Notes under the pieces: model-generated
The model's database searches: none
What the model was told of the DNA's origin: nothing
What the model saw: the letters and a program-made list of their open reading frames with translations, nothing else
DNA from: Octopus vulgaris
Lineage: Eukaryota
Direction of reading: 5' to 3'
Length of the DNA: 64,000 bases
Assembly (NCBI GenBank): GCA_951406725.2
Contig: OX597818.1
Location: forward strand, 131,130,001 to 131,194,000
In this document: positions 1-13,630 of the stretch, in pieces
Layout: each line of letters opens with the position of its first letter
Numbering within the stretch: position 1 is the first letter of the stretch
Made by a program: the position numbers and the translations under genes

Positions 1-1585
1 AAGTAACTTGAAGCTAGGCTCCTTCTCAAAGAACAAAGAACAAAAAAAAAATGCAATAAGACCTTGCTTGTAAAAACTTTTGGACCTGGTTTTGTACCTC
101 TACATAAATTTTGTTCCTGAGCCAGTGGAAGCATAAAGCCTTTTTTTAGTACCCTACAATCTCAATTTTGTTAATTTGCTATGGTATCATTCTTGCTTTT
201 TCTTCTCTCTTTTTCTCTGTCCTAACATCAACATCTCTCTGTTTCTCTCTCTTCCTCTCCACATCCTTTCTCTTTACTTTCCCCTCCTCTTCTTATACCA
301 ATTCCTCCTTCTTTACTGCTACTCACCTAGGAATTGCACATCTAACTTACCCCTCTTACTGCTCCTTTTTCTTTCTTCTAGAACTAACATTCAAAATTTA
401 TGAAACATTGTGTGTTTAGCAAAACATTTCATTTCATGTTTCTTCAGTCCATTAATCACTGTTAATCTCCGAAGGATTTGAGACTTAAACAGTGTTTAGC
501 AGGGACATCTGGTGACTGAAGTACTGATTGGAGGGTGTTGAAGATATCAGGTAATATAAACTTGAAGAGTAAGATACTAACCCTTCTTGGTCATATTTCT
601 GATGAGTTACACAGCTTGTAATTTCAAATTAATTTTTAATTAATTTTGAAAGCAAAGAAGAATTTGGAGGGATTTAGTAAAATGACTAATTTTGTAATTA
701 TTAAAATGGTGTTAAGGACACATCTTGACAAAAATTTCATGCATAAAATTACGAAAAAAGTTTTTAATTTAGAATTGACTTTAAGATAGGCAGGCTCTTT
801 GTATAATAGAACAGTAGGATACCATTGCTCTATCTCTCTCTCTCTCTGTTTCCTATTCTCCCTTCTTCTCTTTCTCTCTACTTCTTTTCCTCTTCCTCTC
901 TCTCTCTTTGCTGTTTTCTTTTGAACCTCTTGATCGTTTTCTAGTATTTTCACTTAGTTTTCAATATCCCCTAAAGATCTTTAATAAATTGTTAGCTCTT
1001 CTAACCATCTTGAAAGAGGTCTAGGTGACAGTTGAGAGAGCCAGCCATTACATATGGGTGAGAAGGAATGATGAAACCTGGCTAAAGTGGTGATGATCCA
1101 AAAATAGACCTGAGGTTGAATACTAGCCAATCAAACAAGTAGGTGGGGGCCTCACATCAGCGAGAAGATGAGGTGGTAGTGCATTGTAAAGCTGTCAAGA
1201 GGAAGGCCTCAAAATGGTAAGCAACCCTGAAGCCTACTGGCATCAGAAATGCAGAATTTTCAACCAGCTGTACTTGCACAAGCAAGACGTTTCTAAATTT
1301 CAATATGGATGAACAGAGCTGATCGGGCATCACTAAAATACCTGCTGCATTCAATAATGCTTTCTACATTCGATGTTCAAATCCCACTAAAGGCAACTTT
1401 GTTTTTCATCTTTCTGGGGCAGATAATATATAGTAACACTATATATATCCTTTCTAAGTATCCTTGATATGAATAAAATCAAAAAGGTTAAGAGTGAAGT
1501 GTTGGGGCATCAATGTGGATAAATGAATTTTGGCAGAGCAATTTCCATTATAGTACTAGTAGCATAAAGACATTCATTCACATAT

Positions 1586-1930
1586 CTTTTATTCTTTTAC
1601 TTGTTTCAGTCATCTGACTGTGGCCATGCTGGAGCATCACCTTGAAAGGTTTTAGTCGAACAAATCAACTCCAGGACTTTATTTGTTTTAATCCTGCTGA
1701 ACTGCTAAGTTAGAGGGATGTAAACATACCAGCACTGGTTCTGAAGTAGTGATAGGGAGACAAACACAGATACAAGCTTCTTTCAGTTTCTGTCAACCAA
1801 ATCCACTCACAAGGCTTCGGTCGGCTCAAAGCTATAGTAGAAGACACTTGTCCAAGGTGCCACAAAGTCGGACTGAACCTGGAACCGTGTGGTTGGAAAG
1901 CAAGCTCCTTACCACACAGCCATGCCTGTA

Positions 1931-1932
<2 letters not shown>
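1586..1932 (-). mobile_element. tRNA-derived SINE, family B (diverged copy)
   Basis: Reverse complement of the family-B sequence that recurs many times in the window (head ...GGCTGTGTGGTAAG...GGTTCAGTCC, CCTTGGRCAAGTGTCTT block, tail GACTGAAACAAGTAAAAG). Confidence 0.85.
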
Positions 1933-1994
<62 letters not shown>

Positions 1995-2037
1995 ATTTGA
2001 GGGAATAAAATCCAAACTTACAAGGAAAAAGAATTCA

Positions 2038-2114
<77 letters not shown>

Positions 2115-2118
2115 ATAA

Positions 2119-2315
2119 ACACATTATTTAAATATGAGCTACTAACAGTTTCCTACTATTGAAATGCAATAATTCAACAGATTTATATATCATGCCTCAT
2201 GTCTCCAAGTGATCCTCCATGCTCAAAGGAGACACAAGGCATGATGTATAAATCTGCCAAATTATTGTGTTCCTATGGCACGAAACCATTAGTAGCCTAT
2301 ATTTAAATACTGTGT
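2119..2315. repeat. Diverged fold-back inverted repeat next to (TA)n
   Basis: ATTTAAATATGAGCTACTAA...CAGATTTATATATCATGCCT...GTCTCC mirrors GGAGAC...AGGCATGATGTATAAATCTG...TTAGTAGCCTATATTTAAAT. Confidence 0.8.
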
Positions 2316-2319
2316 ATAT

Positions 2320-2716
2320 TGGTTTCAAATTTTGGCACAAGGCCAGTAATTGCAAGGGAGGGGTAAGTCATTTACATCGATCCCTGGGTTCAACTGGTAC
2401 TTATTTTATTGACCCCAATAGGATGAAACACAATGTTGACCATGATGTAATTTGAACTCAGAACGTAGTAGCAGACGAAATACCTATTTTTTACTACCCA
2501 TAAGGGGCTAAACACAGAAAGGACAAACAAAGACAGACAAATGGATTAAGTCGATTATATCGACCCCAGTGCGTAACTGGTACTTATTTAATTGACCCCA
2601 AAAGGATGAAAGGCAAAGTCGACCTCGGCGGAATTTGAACTCAGAACGTAACAGCAGACAAAATACTGCTAAGCATTTCTCCTGGCGTGCTAGTGTTTCT
2701 ACCGGTTCATCACCTT
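2320..2716 (-). mobile_element. SINE family A, partial tandem (two GTCGACTTTGCCTTTCATCC-type cores)
   Basis: Contains AGGATGAAAGGCAAAGTCGACCTCGGCGGAATTTGAACTCAGAACG, the reverse complement of the family-A core, plus an older partial copy to the left. Confidence 0.85.
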
Positions 2717-2947
2717 TGAATATTATGTACAGGGTGGCCCAAAAGTAGGTTTATAGTTATCATGCAGGCACTTTAAATTTCTTTTAAAACATCTTATTCT
2801 CAAGTATGAAATTTGTAGTAAGGTATATGGTAAACTCTGACAGCTGCTCATTTTGCACCATTATTATATTTTGAAAATCTTTATCTTTTGTTAGAAAGCT
2901 GACCAATACATTTCTTTATTCTAACTCATTTTGCGCTTTATAAAGTA

Positions 2948-3344
2948 CTAGCAGTATCGCCGGGCGTTGCTTGGGTTTGTAAGGGAAATAACTATATAAG
3001 CATTTTTAGAGAGTTATAGCCAAAATATAGCAAAAAAATGCATTAAAAATGGAAAAAAAATGATGGTAATTTTTTTAAAAATTGTTGACTCATCGTAGAC
3101 ATTTTTAGAGAGTTACTTCCCTTATATAATAGCGAAAAAATGCATTAAAATGGAAAAAAATGATGGTAAATTTTTGTTAAAATCGTAGACTCATCGTAGA
3201 CGCGCGCTAATACCTAGAAGGGCTCGATATGAATCATGACTATAAGATACCCGGTTTTGGTTAAACTGCACCGCAAAATGTGGGAGTAGTTAGGAATCTA
3301 AATCGTAGGAGACAGACACACAACTTGACTTTTATATATAAAGA
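2948..3344 (-). mobile_element. Non-autonomous Helitron
   Basis: Minus strand begins 5'-TCTTTATATATAAAAG and ends CCCAAGCAACGCCCGGCGATACTG-CTAG-3' (subterminal GC hairpin plus CTAG). Inserted between A and T with no TSD. Internal ~100-bp tandem duplication. Confidence 0.8.
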
Positions 3345-3378
3345 TTTATAAATCGTATTTTACTATTTTTGTTTAGAG

Positions 3379-4011
3379 ATGGATAAGTTAGAAATTTGTA
3401 CAGCTTTGAAATATGGGTTCTTTCTTGGAAATACAGCATCACAGACAGCTTGGAATATTAATGGAGTATTTCATCCTAATGTTACTGCACAGCAGATAGT
3501 ATCAAATTGGTTTGAAAAATTTCGTTCTGGTAACTTTGACCCCACAAATGAGCAATGCAGTTGACCATAAAAAAAGGTGGATAATGATGAACTGAAAGCC
3601 ACCTTCGAGTCAGATCCATCTCAAAGTACCCATGTTGTTGTTTATTGTTAGCTACCAAACAATATTGACTCACCTAATTCAAATCAGTAAAGTGAAGAAG
3701 TTGGATAAGTGGGTTCCACATGAACTCAATGAAAATCAGAAACAACAATGTTTGGAAGCCTGCATTATGCTACTTTCTTATCACAAAAATGAATTATTTT
3801 TGAATTGAATTGTAACATGTGATGAGAAATGGATCCAATACAATAACTGTAAATGTTCTGCACAATGGTTGGACAAAGATGAGCCACCAAAACCCAGTCC
3901 AAAAAGCAAAATTCATCAAAAGAAGCTGATGGTGTGTGTTTGGTGGTCTGGCACAGGTGTGATCCATTTTGATTTCATTAAACCTGGCTCAGCAATCATG
4001 GCCAAAGCATA
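3379..4011 (+). pseudogene. mariner (Tc1/mariner, Hsmar/SETMAR-like) transposase relic
   Basis: HTH MDKLEI...WFEKFRSGNF, linker WVPHEL at 3710, first catalytic motif IVTCDEKW at ~3810, then KKLMVCVWW. Has stops and frameshifts; truncated by a SINE. Confidence 0.9.
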
Positions 4012-4209
4012 CTTCGAGTCCGAAAGGTAATGGTGAACTTCTGTTGACTCTTTCGCCACAAATTTCTCTCACTCTTTCCTCCTGCATCTTGCAGCTCACC
4101 TGCGATGGACCAGCGTCCCGTCTAGGTGGGGAACCTATTCGCCAGGAAACTGGGAAACCGGCCCTATGAGCCAGGCGTGGCTCGAGAAGGAACAAACAAC
4201 AACAACAAC
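4012..4209 (+). mobile_element. 5'-truncated SINE, family E
   Basis: Homologous to the 3' half of the element at 36722-37239; ends GGCTCGAGAAGGAACAAAC(AAC)n. Confidence 0.8.
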
Positions 4210-4614
4210 TCTAAAACCAAAAATAGGAGCATCTACATAGTAATTTGATCTGCTAGCAATAGCAGCTAATTCTTTCTCAAATCATACCAGTAATTTGAGA
4301 TTAAGCTGTATCTTAAAAATGGAAAGGACACATTATATGATGTACTTCTAGATATTTCGAAAAAAACAACAACAAAAATTTCCCCAAAGTAAAAGCCTGT
4401 ATGACCCTTGCTGGAATGTTTTTGATCATAGTCCTACTCCATCAGGATTGAACCAAGTATAAACAATGATAACAACAACAACAACAACAGCAACAGCAAC
4501 AACACTGTATTCTAATCTTCGATCATCTATATTACCCCAAACTCATTATCATTTGAACCCAAAATGTAAAGAGCAAGAAGAAATACTGCAAAGGCATTTT
4601 GCCCTGTGCTTTGA

Positions 4615-4960
4615 ATGATGAGGAGGAGGGGTTGATGATGATGGTGGTGGTGGTGGTGGTGGTGGTGGTGGCATTTGTGGTGTGGTGGGAAGAAGAAGAA
4701 GAAGAAGAAGAAGAAGAAGAAGAAGAAGAAGAAGAAAAGAAGAAGAAGAAGAAGAAATAAAACAAAACACAGCATGTACCCAACACATGGAACTACATGC
4801 AATTTTACCATTAAATAATGAAACAATGATAAAACTACCATACAATAATAATGATAATGATGATAATAACAACAACAGTAATAATAATAATAATAATAAT
4901 AATAATTATAATAATAATAATAATAATAATAATGATGATGTTTATAATGGTGATGATAAT
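4615..4960. repeat. Compound microsatellite (GAT/GGT/GAA/AAT)n
   Basis: Runs of ggt, gaa and aat seen directly. Confidence 0.95.
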
Positions 4961-5695
4961 AAACTTGAAATTATCAATATTTTGGTAGATTTCTATTCAT
5001 TAATCCCAAAAACAAATTATGAACGTACACATACACAAAATAAAAAAATATTTAAAAAAAAACAAACTAAATATAAAAAGTGAGGGGGGGGGGGGGCGAA
5101 AAATAAACCAAAAACAAGCATATCAAACCCCAGAAACCCGAACATAACATCCTTCTCCTATCTACCTACCCACAAAAATATGTTTTCAAAGAACTAAAAA
5201 TACAATTGAAAAGCAACATGTCTACTTCTGTTTTTTTTTTTACATTTAAATGTATGCTATGCATTTAAGGAATTTTATTCCGAAAGCGCAGTTTATACGT
5301 AGAATACAATATATTTTTTCTTACTTTTTTTTTTCATTGTTTTAAATACTATTTGATATAAAACAGTTGAAGAAAACGATCACTAATTAACTCTTCTCAT
5401 TGTATTTTCAATCTTTTTCCTACTTTTACCATTTTGTTGTTCATATTTTTTTATATATATGGTGGAAACTGTTTTTTTTTTTCTGTTTTAAAAAAATATA
5501 TTTTTATTGATAACTTATCTATTTTTTAAGTTTTTTTCCATTCATGTATTTTATTTTATTTTATCTTATTTATTTAATTGTATTTCGCAGTAAAAACAAC
5601 ACACACGAAATGAATTAATTAGAAGCTTTTAGGAATATATGCACATATGTATGTGTGTACTTACAATTATTGGTTGTTAGTAATGCTATGTACTT

Positions 5696-5771
5696 GTATG
5701 TGTGTGTCTAAATATATGTGTATGTGTGAGAGAGTGTATGTGTGTGTATGTATGTGTTTATATATAATTGT

Positions 5772-5823
<52 letters not shown>

Positions 5824-5873
5824 ATATATATATATATGTATACATATATATAGATATATATGTATATATGTAA

Positions 5874-5904
<31 letters not shown>

Positions 5905-6022
5905 CACACACACACATATATATATATGTATGTGTGTGTCTAAATATATGTGTATGTGTGAGAGAGTGTATGTGTGTGTATGTATGTGTTTATATATAAT
6001 TGTACATATATACACATAAGTG

Positions 6023-6057
<35 letters not shown>

Positions 6058-6101
6058 ATATATATGTATACATATATATAGATATATATGTATATATGTA
6101 A

Positions 6102-6132
<31 letters not shown>

Positions 6133-6165
6133 CACACACACACACACATATATATATATACAAAC
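5696..6165. repeat. ~232-bp tandem duplication of a TA/CA-rich unit
   Basis: GTGTGTGTCTAAATATATGTGTATGTGTGAGAGAG starts at ~5700 and again at ~5932; downstream sequence is near-identical. Confidence 0.85.
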
Positions 6166-6271
6166 ATATATATGTATACATATGTATATCATGTGTGTTT
6201 ACCTATATGCATTTGTGAATATGCATGTGTGTATATACATGTATGTATATATACATATATATATATATATG

Positions 6272-6309
<38 letters not shown>

Positions 6310-7081
6310 AATGATAGTGCATGTAACAATTTATGTTTTATACATTTTTGTGGGTGTGTTTGTGTGCAGCAGTAATTTTGTCTATTATCTAGTACTGAAA
6401 TATTTCTTTTGTAAATACTACAAACAAATTAGCTCAAGTTTCTACTACACATTCTATTAATGAATGTCTTATTAGCAAAAAGCACTCAAATCTTCATTAA
6501 CAACACTGCTGCCTCCACCCAACCATTTTTTCATGTCTTTCTAACTGAAATGAAGAAATAAATAAAATGTATATATGTTTCTTTTTTTTTTTTTGTATTT
6601 TTTTTTATGACTTAAGCTTCTGAAGATGAGATATCAGGTTAATTAAACTTTTCCGGACTATTAATCTAATCATTTATGTGTCCATTTATATGCTTTTGAT
6701 CAGTTCAATCTTGATTCAAGAATCAGATACCTCATTTTTGGATTATGGATTTCCAAGTTTTCCAAGATCAAATCCAGGCTGGATTTGAACTTGGTAACTT
6801 TGAAATGTTTACATTTGAACAAATGTTATTTTTGTTTTGTAGGTGCAGTATGACTGAATGGTTTAGAAGAAATTCATTTCAGAATCATAAGGCCTCAGTT
6901 TCAATTCCACTGCATGGCATCATGGGCAAATGTCATTTTAATACCCTTTTGAGTCACATTGAATAGATGGATATCATATATCCATCTGTCATTGGGTGAA
7001 CTGTACCTGTAAGTCAGAATGATACAGGTTTGTCATACACTGCAATACACAGATTCTGCCTGGGAATATGTTGCCAGCACA

Positions 7082-7301
7082 TATGATGGGGTACTGAGAA
7101 GTTCCTGACTTAAGGGTGTCGTGAAAGGCCTAGTCGGAGGCCAAACCTTCCGAGTTCTTTTACAGGGCTTAGAAAAACTGAAGGACTGCTGCAATAAGTG
7201 TGTGAATCTGAGAAGGGAATATGTTGAATAAAATCATAATTAACTGATCCTCCTGCATTTTCTTTTACCCAAAGCAAGGAACTTTGCAGTACCCCCTCGT
7301 A
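7082..7301 (+). mobile_element. mariner-derived MITE / internal deletion derivative
   Basis: TIRs TATGATGGGGTACTGAGAAGTTCCT and AGGAACTTTGCAGTACCCCCTCGTA with TA ends. Retains the transposase C-terminus LEKLKDCCNKCVNLRREYVE*. Confidence 0.8.
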
Positions 7302-8241
7302 TGTTTGTGAAATACTCAGCTACCTATTAATATGCTAATTCAAAAGCAAATTACCCGGTTGATCAAACTGATTCTTCCTTGTCCATCACTGTTATTGTCC
7401 TAAATTATTAAGTTATTGGCATCTTTATGTCTTTAGTTCATAAGTTTGTTTTAGCCATCACAGGTAAGACTATACTGGGGCACTGCCTTGTTGCATGTGA
7501 ATATAATTATTAATTATCTTTATTTCACTAATGCCAGCTATGATCAGCACTAAGCTTGCTGCGTTTTTTTCTTGAAGTATTTATTGTTTACTTACTTCAG
7601 TCATTGGACTGCAGTCATGCTTGATGAGTTTTGCCTTGAAGGGTTTGTCAAATAAACACAAAGATGCATGCATGCATGCAATCATCCATCCATCCATCCA
7701 TCCATCCATACATACAGACATACATACAGACAGACAGACAGACAGACATAACATGACCTACTGGATTTAACTGGATCTCTGAATCTCCTGGACATAATGA
7801 ACTTCAACAAATGTCACTGATGAAGAAATTCTTCCACTCTCTAACCTATATCTCTCCAATGACAGAATGCCCAACTTACAGAGTCTTCACTTGATACGAT
7901 ACTCCAATAGCTGGGATATCTCAGAAACAGCTGGCAGGGACTATTTTTTACTATTTCTACCATTCGTTATATAGCTAAATTTCGATTGAATTAAATGAAA
8001 TGAAATGTCCTTTTCTTGCCTTACCTAATTGTTTGCTTTTCCCCACTACTTTAACCTATACCTGCTGACTCAAAGGGAAGCCACCTTTAGCGGTTTTGAA
8101 CAAGACAATCACATAACCACAACTTCAACTGCTGTTCAAATTGGAATTTTGATGGCACACCTATTTGAGCATTCAGAATTAGTTTGAGTCATCCTGATGA
8201 AAACTCCTCATATCATTGATTCATTCATTGATTCATTCATT

Positions 8242-8275
<34 letters not shown>

Positions 8276-8424
8276 TACACACACACATATACATACATAC
8301 AAACAAGCAAACAAACAAAAATACCCTGCTGTTGATGAGGAAATTCCAACAAAGGAGCCTTGGATCTCAGTTAGAAACCAGCTCTTTCTCTATTGGCAAG
8401 AAATCTTGAAATAAAACAGAATAA

Positions 8425-8457
<33 letters not shown>

Positions 8458-10087
8458 TACGTTCATACATACATACATACATTTCCATCTACTAAGTTCA
8501 TTCACAAGGCAGTGGTCTGTAAGGGGGCTTTGGTAGGAGACAACTTTCCAAGGTGCTGTGCTGTAGGACTGAACCTAAAAACAAAATCATTGCAAAGTGG
8601 TTCTTAACCACACAGCCATGACTGTAATAATTTTTGTCTTTAAATATTGCTGGATCTGGAGGCAGGCAGCTGGTCCCTACTATTAATAACTTTTAACTCC
8701 CTGCCAGACACCAGAAATATTCATAGAAAGAGTGTAGCTGATTTAATCAAATTCAAATGCATATGTGATACTTATTTTATTGATCTTGGTGAAATGAAAG
8801 TTTTAAAGTCACCTTGGGTTGGATTTCAAATCAGAATATAAAACAGTATCATTAAATGTCTAAAATCATTTTGTCAGGCTCCCTACCAATTTTATCACAT
8901 CAGTGTCCAAAAATAAAATAAAATAAGACAAATAAACTTGCTTTTTTTTCTATCTTTATCTTTTATATTTTTACAACCCCACTTTTCAATCTTTTAAACT
9001 TTAAAAAAAAATTGAATTATTAGTTTTTTATCATTATTTCTATTAAATTTTTTTTTGTCAAAACATTTATTTTTTTTAATATAATGAAAAACGAAATTAA
9101 AAATGAAATCTCTTGTCTCACTAAATGGACAGTCCGCATGATCAGTGCCAGTTTCAATAAAAGAGGCAGGGGCCATTATCAGTGCTTTTAATTGGTTAAG
9201 AATGTATTTTGAAGACTAGTTTATATCTGACAATGATACTGGTCATTTTTCATAATTGCTTTTGCTGCAAAAACTATTTGCATTTTTTTCTCAAATCATT
9301 AACTTTTATTCTATTACCATTTATTACAACTAAAATAGAACTACTCAAATTTGATAAAAATCACTGAATGTGTTCTTGGAAAAATGTCTTTTTTTTTTGG
9401 CCTTTGCTAATTATATATAATACTAGTTCAAAAGATATTGGTGAAAATGCCAAATATATTAGTATACATTTCATTTAAATGAGCCCATTAGATAAAAAAA
9501 GATCCTTAACATAAGAAAGACTGCATCTTAAAGATGAGCTTTTCTCTGAGGTTATAAAATTCTTCAGGGCCTCCATCAACTATATACACTCTATGTTGCG
9601 TTCTACAATGGAATACTGATTCTACATCTGAGAAAGCACTTCTACAACATGCAACCATCCTAGACTGCAGCCAAAGAATGTTCATCACAAATACCCTCCA
9701 AACTCTGATCTACAAACATGCTGTTTCCATTTTTTGGCTCTTTTCTTGCATCTACAACGGCCTCTTTTCCCATCATTGGCTGGTCTTGTACCACTAAGCA
9801 GACATTCTTAACTCACTCATTTCCCCTCTTATCATTCATATTGTACTCATCGTTTCAGGCCCTGTATTGCCTACTTTACCCAATCCTTTCTTTTCAGAAC
9901 ATTGATCCTCTGAAATTCTTCCTCTGCACAGGTCTTTCCGGCCATTGTCAAATTGCAACAGTTTAGCTGGAATATTAATGGCATCAGTCTCAATGTTCTT
10001 GGAGAGCATGCAAAAGCCATAGTAACCATCCTTTCCTCCAGACCAAACACAGAAAAACAAAATCAAAAAATCCAACACAGCCACACA

Positions 10088-10470
10088 GGCTTCCCAACCA
10101 CATGGTTCTAGGTTCAGTCCCACTGCATGGCACCTTGGGCAAGTGACTTCTGCTATAACCTTAGGCTGACCAAAGTCTTGTGAGTGGATCTGGTTGATGA
10201 AAATTGAAAGAAGCCCATCGTATAAATATATATTTATGTATGTATTTTTGCTCCTGATCAAAATTGCATATATATATGCATGTACTTGTGTGTCTGTGTT
10301 TGTCTGATGTTGGCGTGTTTATGTCCCTGTAACTTAGTGGTTTGGCAAAAGAGACCAATAGAATAAGTACTAGGCTTACAAAGAATAAGTCCTGGGTTTG
10401 ATTTGTTCGACTGAAGGCTGTACTCCAGCTTGGCCACAGTCAAATGACTAAAAGAATAAAAGAATAAATA
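10088..10470 (+). mobile_element. SINE family B
   Basis: CACATGGTTCTAGGTTCAGTCCCACTG...CCTTGGGCAAG...GAATAAGTCCTGGG...tail. Confidence 0.85.
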
Positions 10471-10540
10471 AAAACTAATCAAATCACATATAAAGTGGAA
10501 ATGTAATATACCACTTTTTTTTGCCATTAATATTTTCAAA

Positions 10541-10985
10541 AGGCAGTGGGCCAATAGCAGGCAAAATGTCTAGTGGTATTTTGCCTGTCTTTACATTCTG
10601 AGTTCAGATTTTGCCAATGTCGACTATACCTTTCATCCTTTCAGGGTTGATAAAAAAATAAGTACCAGTTGAACAACAGTGGGGTCAATGTTATTGACTT
10701 AACCCTCTCCTGAAATTGCTAGCCTTGTGCCAAAATTTGAAATCAATATTTATAGAAATGTTAAGGCGGTGAGCTGGCAGAACCATTAGTTTACCGGACA
10801 AAATGCTGTTGAGCATTTTGTCCGTCTTTATGTTCTGAATTCAACTTCCACTGAGGTCAACTGTGCCTTTCATAATTTTGGGGCTGATAAAATAAGTAAC
10901 AGTTGAGCATTGGGCTCAATGTAACTGACTTACCCCCCCCCACACACTGCAAAACTGCTGACCTTGAGCCAAAATGTGAAGCCAT
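10541..10985 (+). mobile_element. Two adjacent old SINE family A copies
   Basis: Each has an A-box-like head (GGCGGTGAGCTGGCAGAA in the second) and CCTTTCATCCTTT...GATAAAATAAGTACCAG. Confidence 0.75.
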
Positions 10986-11545
10986 TATTATTATTATTGT
11001 GGGAGAGAGCAGTGCATGTCATCAAAGTAACACTCGGGTACAAATATACAAAGCCCAATTATACCCATCGTGACTACCCATCTGATAAGGGTACACTGGC
11101 ACATGCATCGACTTCATATCAAGGTAAAAAGTGCATGATCTTGTAGGTGAAGCCCTGGAAGAATTTTCTTCAGGTTGAGTAGCCCATCCCACTCAAAACG
11201 TTTGTTTAAGGATACTGAACAAAACACCCATGTTTCCAGAGTTGAATTATTCTAATCTCAACGAATTCCTCTCAACACATGGCTATGAAGCTTTCCCACT
11301 ACTTCTGCTTATGATCAGAGATGCATATAATGTCAGCCATTAAGGGACATTCTCAAGCAGTTAAGGTCAAGCAAATCTCTGATATTGAGCAGAATATATG
11401 CTGTAGCCCATCTTTTATACCAAGACAAAATATGTGCATGATAACACTTATAAATCAGTTAAGATCAGAAGCCACAAGAGCCAGTGCCTGGCACCGCATC
11501 AGGCTATTTATTATTATTATCATTGTTATTATCATTATTATTATT

Positions 11546-11846
11546 TCGAAATCAGTGACAGTAGTTACTGGGAAAAACATGAAATAGATAATTGCAAACA
11601 GGTCTCTCTTTATCGAAAATCGGTGATTACCGTACGTTGATAAGAGGCAAATTACCTCGAAACTGCAGTCCATGCGTATCACTTAGGTTTATGAGAGAGG
11701 GATGACCTCCCTTTGCAAATATCATAAGAGCACAGAAAGTGTGCCTAAAGCCAGCTGGAGACGATGATCTCCTGGGACTAAAAGCTACAGTAACACCCAC
11801 CCTTGGTGATTAGCCATATTGAGATGGCTAGTATACTTTACATTAT
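11546..11846 (+). mobile_element. 3' end of an unclassified non-LTR retroelement within (ATT)n
   Basis: Homologous to 12815-13105 with the same right end (hairpin TAGCCA...TGGCTAG then TACTTTAC). Flanked by (ATT)n on both sides. Confidence 0.6.
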
Positions 11847-12814
11847 GATTATTATTATTATTATTATTATTTTATATTCATCCATGCTGGTATGGGTTGT
11901 AAAGCTTTCAGGATCCAATAGGTCTGAAGACTGCATCATACTTCTATGTCAGTGTCTGCTTTGGAATAGTTTCTTTGGCTGGATGCTCTACCTAACACCA
12001 AACATATACTGTATACTGCTTGGTTTATTCATGGCACCAGCACTGGTGAGGTTACCAGGAAAATTGCAAGTCCTTCTTTGATTGAAAAGGTAGCATTATG
12101 CTAAGAAATAAGAGGTTGATGTTTCTTGTTGTAGAGGAGCCATGTGGCTACTCACTTTATAGATAAGAAAATGAAAGGAATCGGGGCAGGCTGGAAAGAG
12201 AATTTCCTTTTTATGAAGAAAGAAAAGACAGAGTTCATGACCATATTACAGTGCAATCAAGGAGAGGGATGGAAAAGAAAAGAGAGTAATAAATTTCAGT
12301 TCATGGGTTATCCTCAATCCAAGGACTTAAATGGAGAGTGAACTCTACCCAAGTTCCAGGTAATGGTATCAAAGAAGGCAACAGATTAATTCTATCTCCA
12401 AAATCTAAGTCTCATAGAACAAACTGTGTGTCATGAACTTTCTGAAAACTACATAACTTTGTTAAGGCAGTTTTGTTTCATATCAGCATTTTAGTTTTAA
12501 TTACTTTCTTCGTTATTCCAATTTATATAAGCTGAAGTATAAATGCCACAGAGAAGCTAATGGACAACTAAAACATTTTCTTTGTTTCAATTAGCTATAT
12601 GTTTCGGAGTAATAGCATTTTTCTGTTTTTAGTATGACTGTAAATTAACGCATTTCATTCTTCAAATGAACAAAGCCAACTCTGTCTTGATTTCTGGATC
12701 AGACACAATTTTATCACCAGGTTAACTTTGTTATTTACATACAGATATACATATATATATATATATGTTTACATCTCGTTCAGAGATTTATTAATGCTTT
12801 CAGACAGTTTTTCT

Positions 12815-13103
12815 AAATCAGTGACTGTGGTTGCTGGGAAAAACATTAAATAGTTATTTGCAAAGGTCTCCTTCATCGAAAACCGGTGTTTACCATACGT
12901 TGACGAGAGGCAAAAACCTTGAAACTATAGTCCGTATGTATCACTTAGGTTTTCGAGGGAGGATGACATCCCTTTGCAAATATCATAAGGGCACAGAAAT
13001 TGTGTCTAAGGCCAGCTGGAGACGTCGATCTCCTGGGGCTAAAAGTGTCAGTAACACCCACCCCCAGTGGCTAGCCACATTCAGATGGCTAGTACACTTT
13101 ACG

Positions 13104-13105
<2 letters not shown>
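12815..13105 (+). mobile_element. Second copy of the unclassified element at 11546-11846
   Basis: Shared blocks AAATCAGTGAC, CCCTTTGCAAATATCATAAG, GCCAGCTGGAGACG and GTAACACCCACCC. Confidence 0.65.
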
Positions 13106-13142
<37 letters not shown>

Positions 13143-13558
13143 CACACAAAGAAAGAGAGGCAGACAGAGAAAGAGAAGTTTACTGTGCAGTCATGTACAG
13201 TCCCACACTACAAGCAATATGGCCTATTGGGCATGTTCATTCGTTTATAGCTCCAGAATGGCCAAAATCCTATAAGTAAATTTAGGCGATAGAAACTGAC
13301 AAGAAGCTAGGCATATGATGTGTCTATGCATGTATGTATGTATCAATCTATCTATCTATCTATCTATCTATCCATCTATCTACCTACCTACCTATCTATC
13401 TACCTATCTTTCTATCTATTTTTTGTAAATTTGAACTATATTTATATATATCATCATTAAAGTATAAATCTATAAAAGACACACACTCTAAGTAATAGAG
13501 CAGTATATAATATAAATGAAATTAGATAAGGCTGGTTTATGGGATTACCCTGGTTTTA

Positions 13559-13617
13559 GGATCTGATGATATGCCGTAAAGCTAAACACTTTACGGATGT
13601 GAAACCCAGGGTAATCC
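13559..13617 (+). ncRNA. Type I hammerhead ribozyme motif (HHR-1)
   Basis: GGAT-CTGATGA-stem II (CCGTAAAG/CTTTACGG)-GAAA-CCC a GGG-T-A(13613)-ATCC. Stem I is GGAT/ATCC; GUA triplet. Confidence 0.8.
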
Positions 13618-13630
13618 CATGAACTGGTCT

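Noticed and set aside
597-632. Hammerhead (CTGATGA-GTTACA/TGTAAT)
   Set aside because: No GAAA, stem III or stem I.
3379-4011. SETMAR host gene
   Set aside because: No SET domain; stops and frameshifts show a dead mariner copy.
7885-7945. Relative of the 63116 hammerhead (GATATCTCAGAAACAGCTG)
   Set aside because: CUGAUGA core and cleavage triplet not preserved.
9500-10075. Coding exon or LINE fragment on the minus strand
   Set aside because: Multiple stops and no motif I can name.
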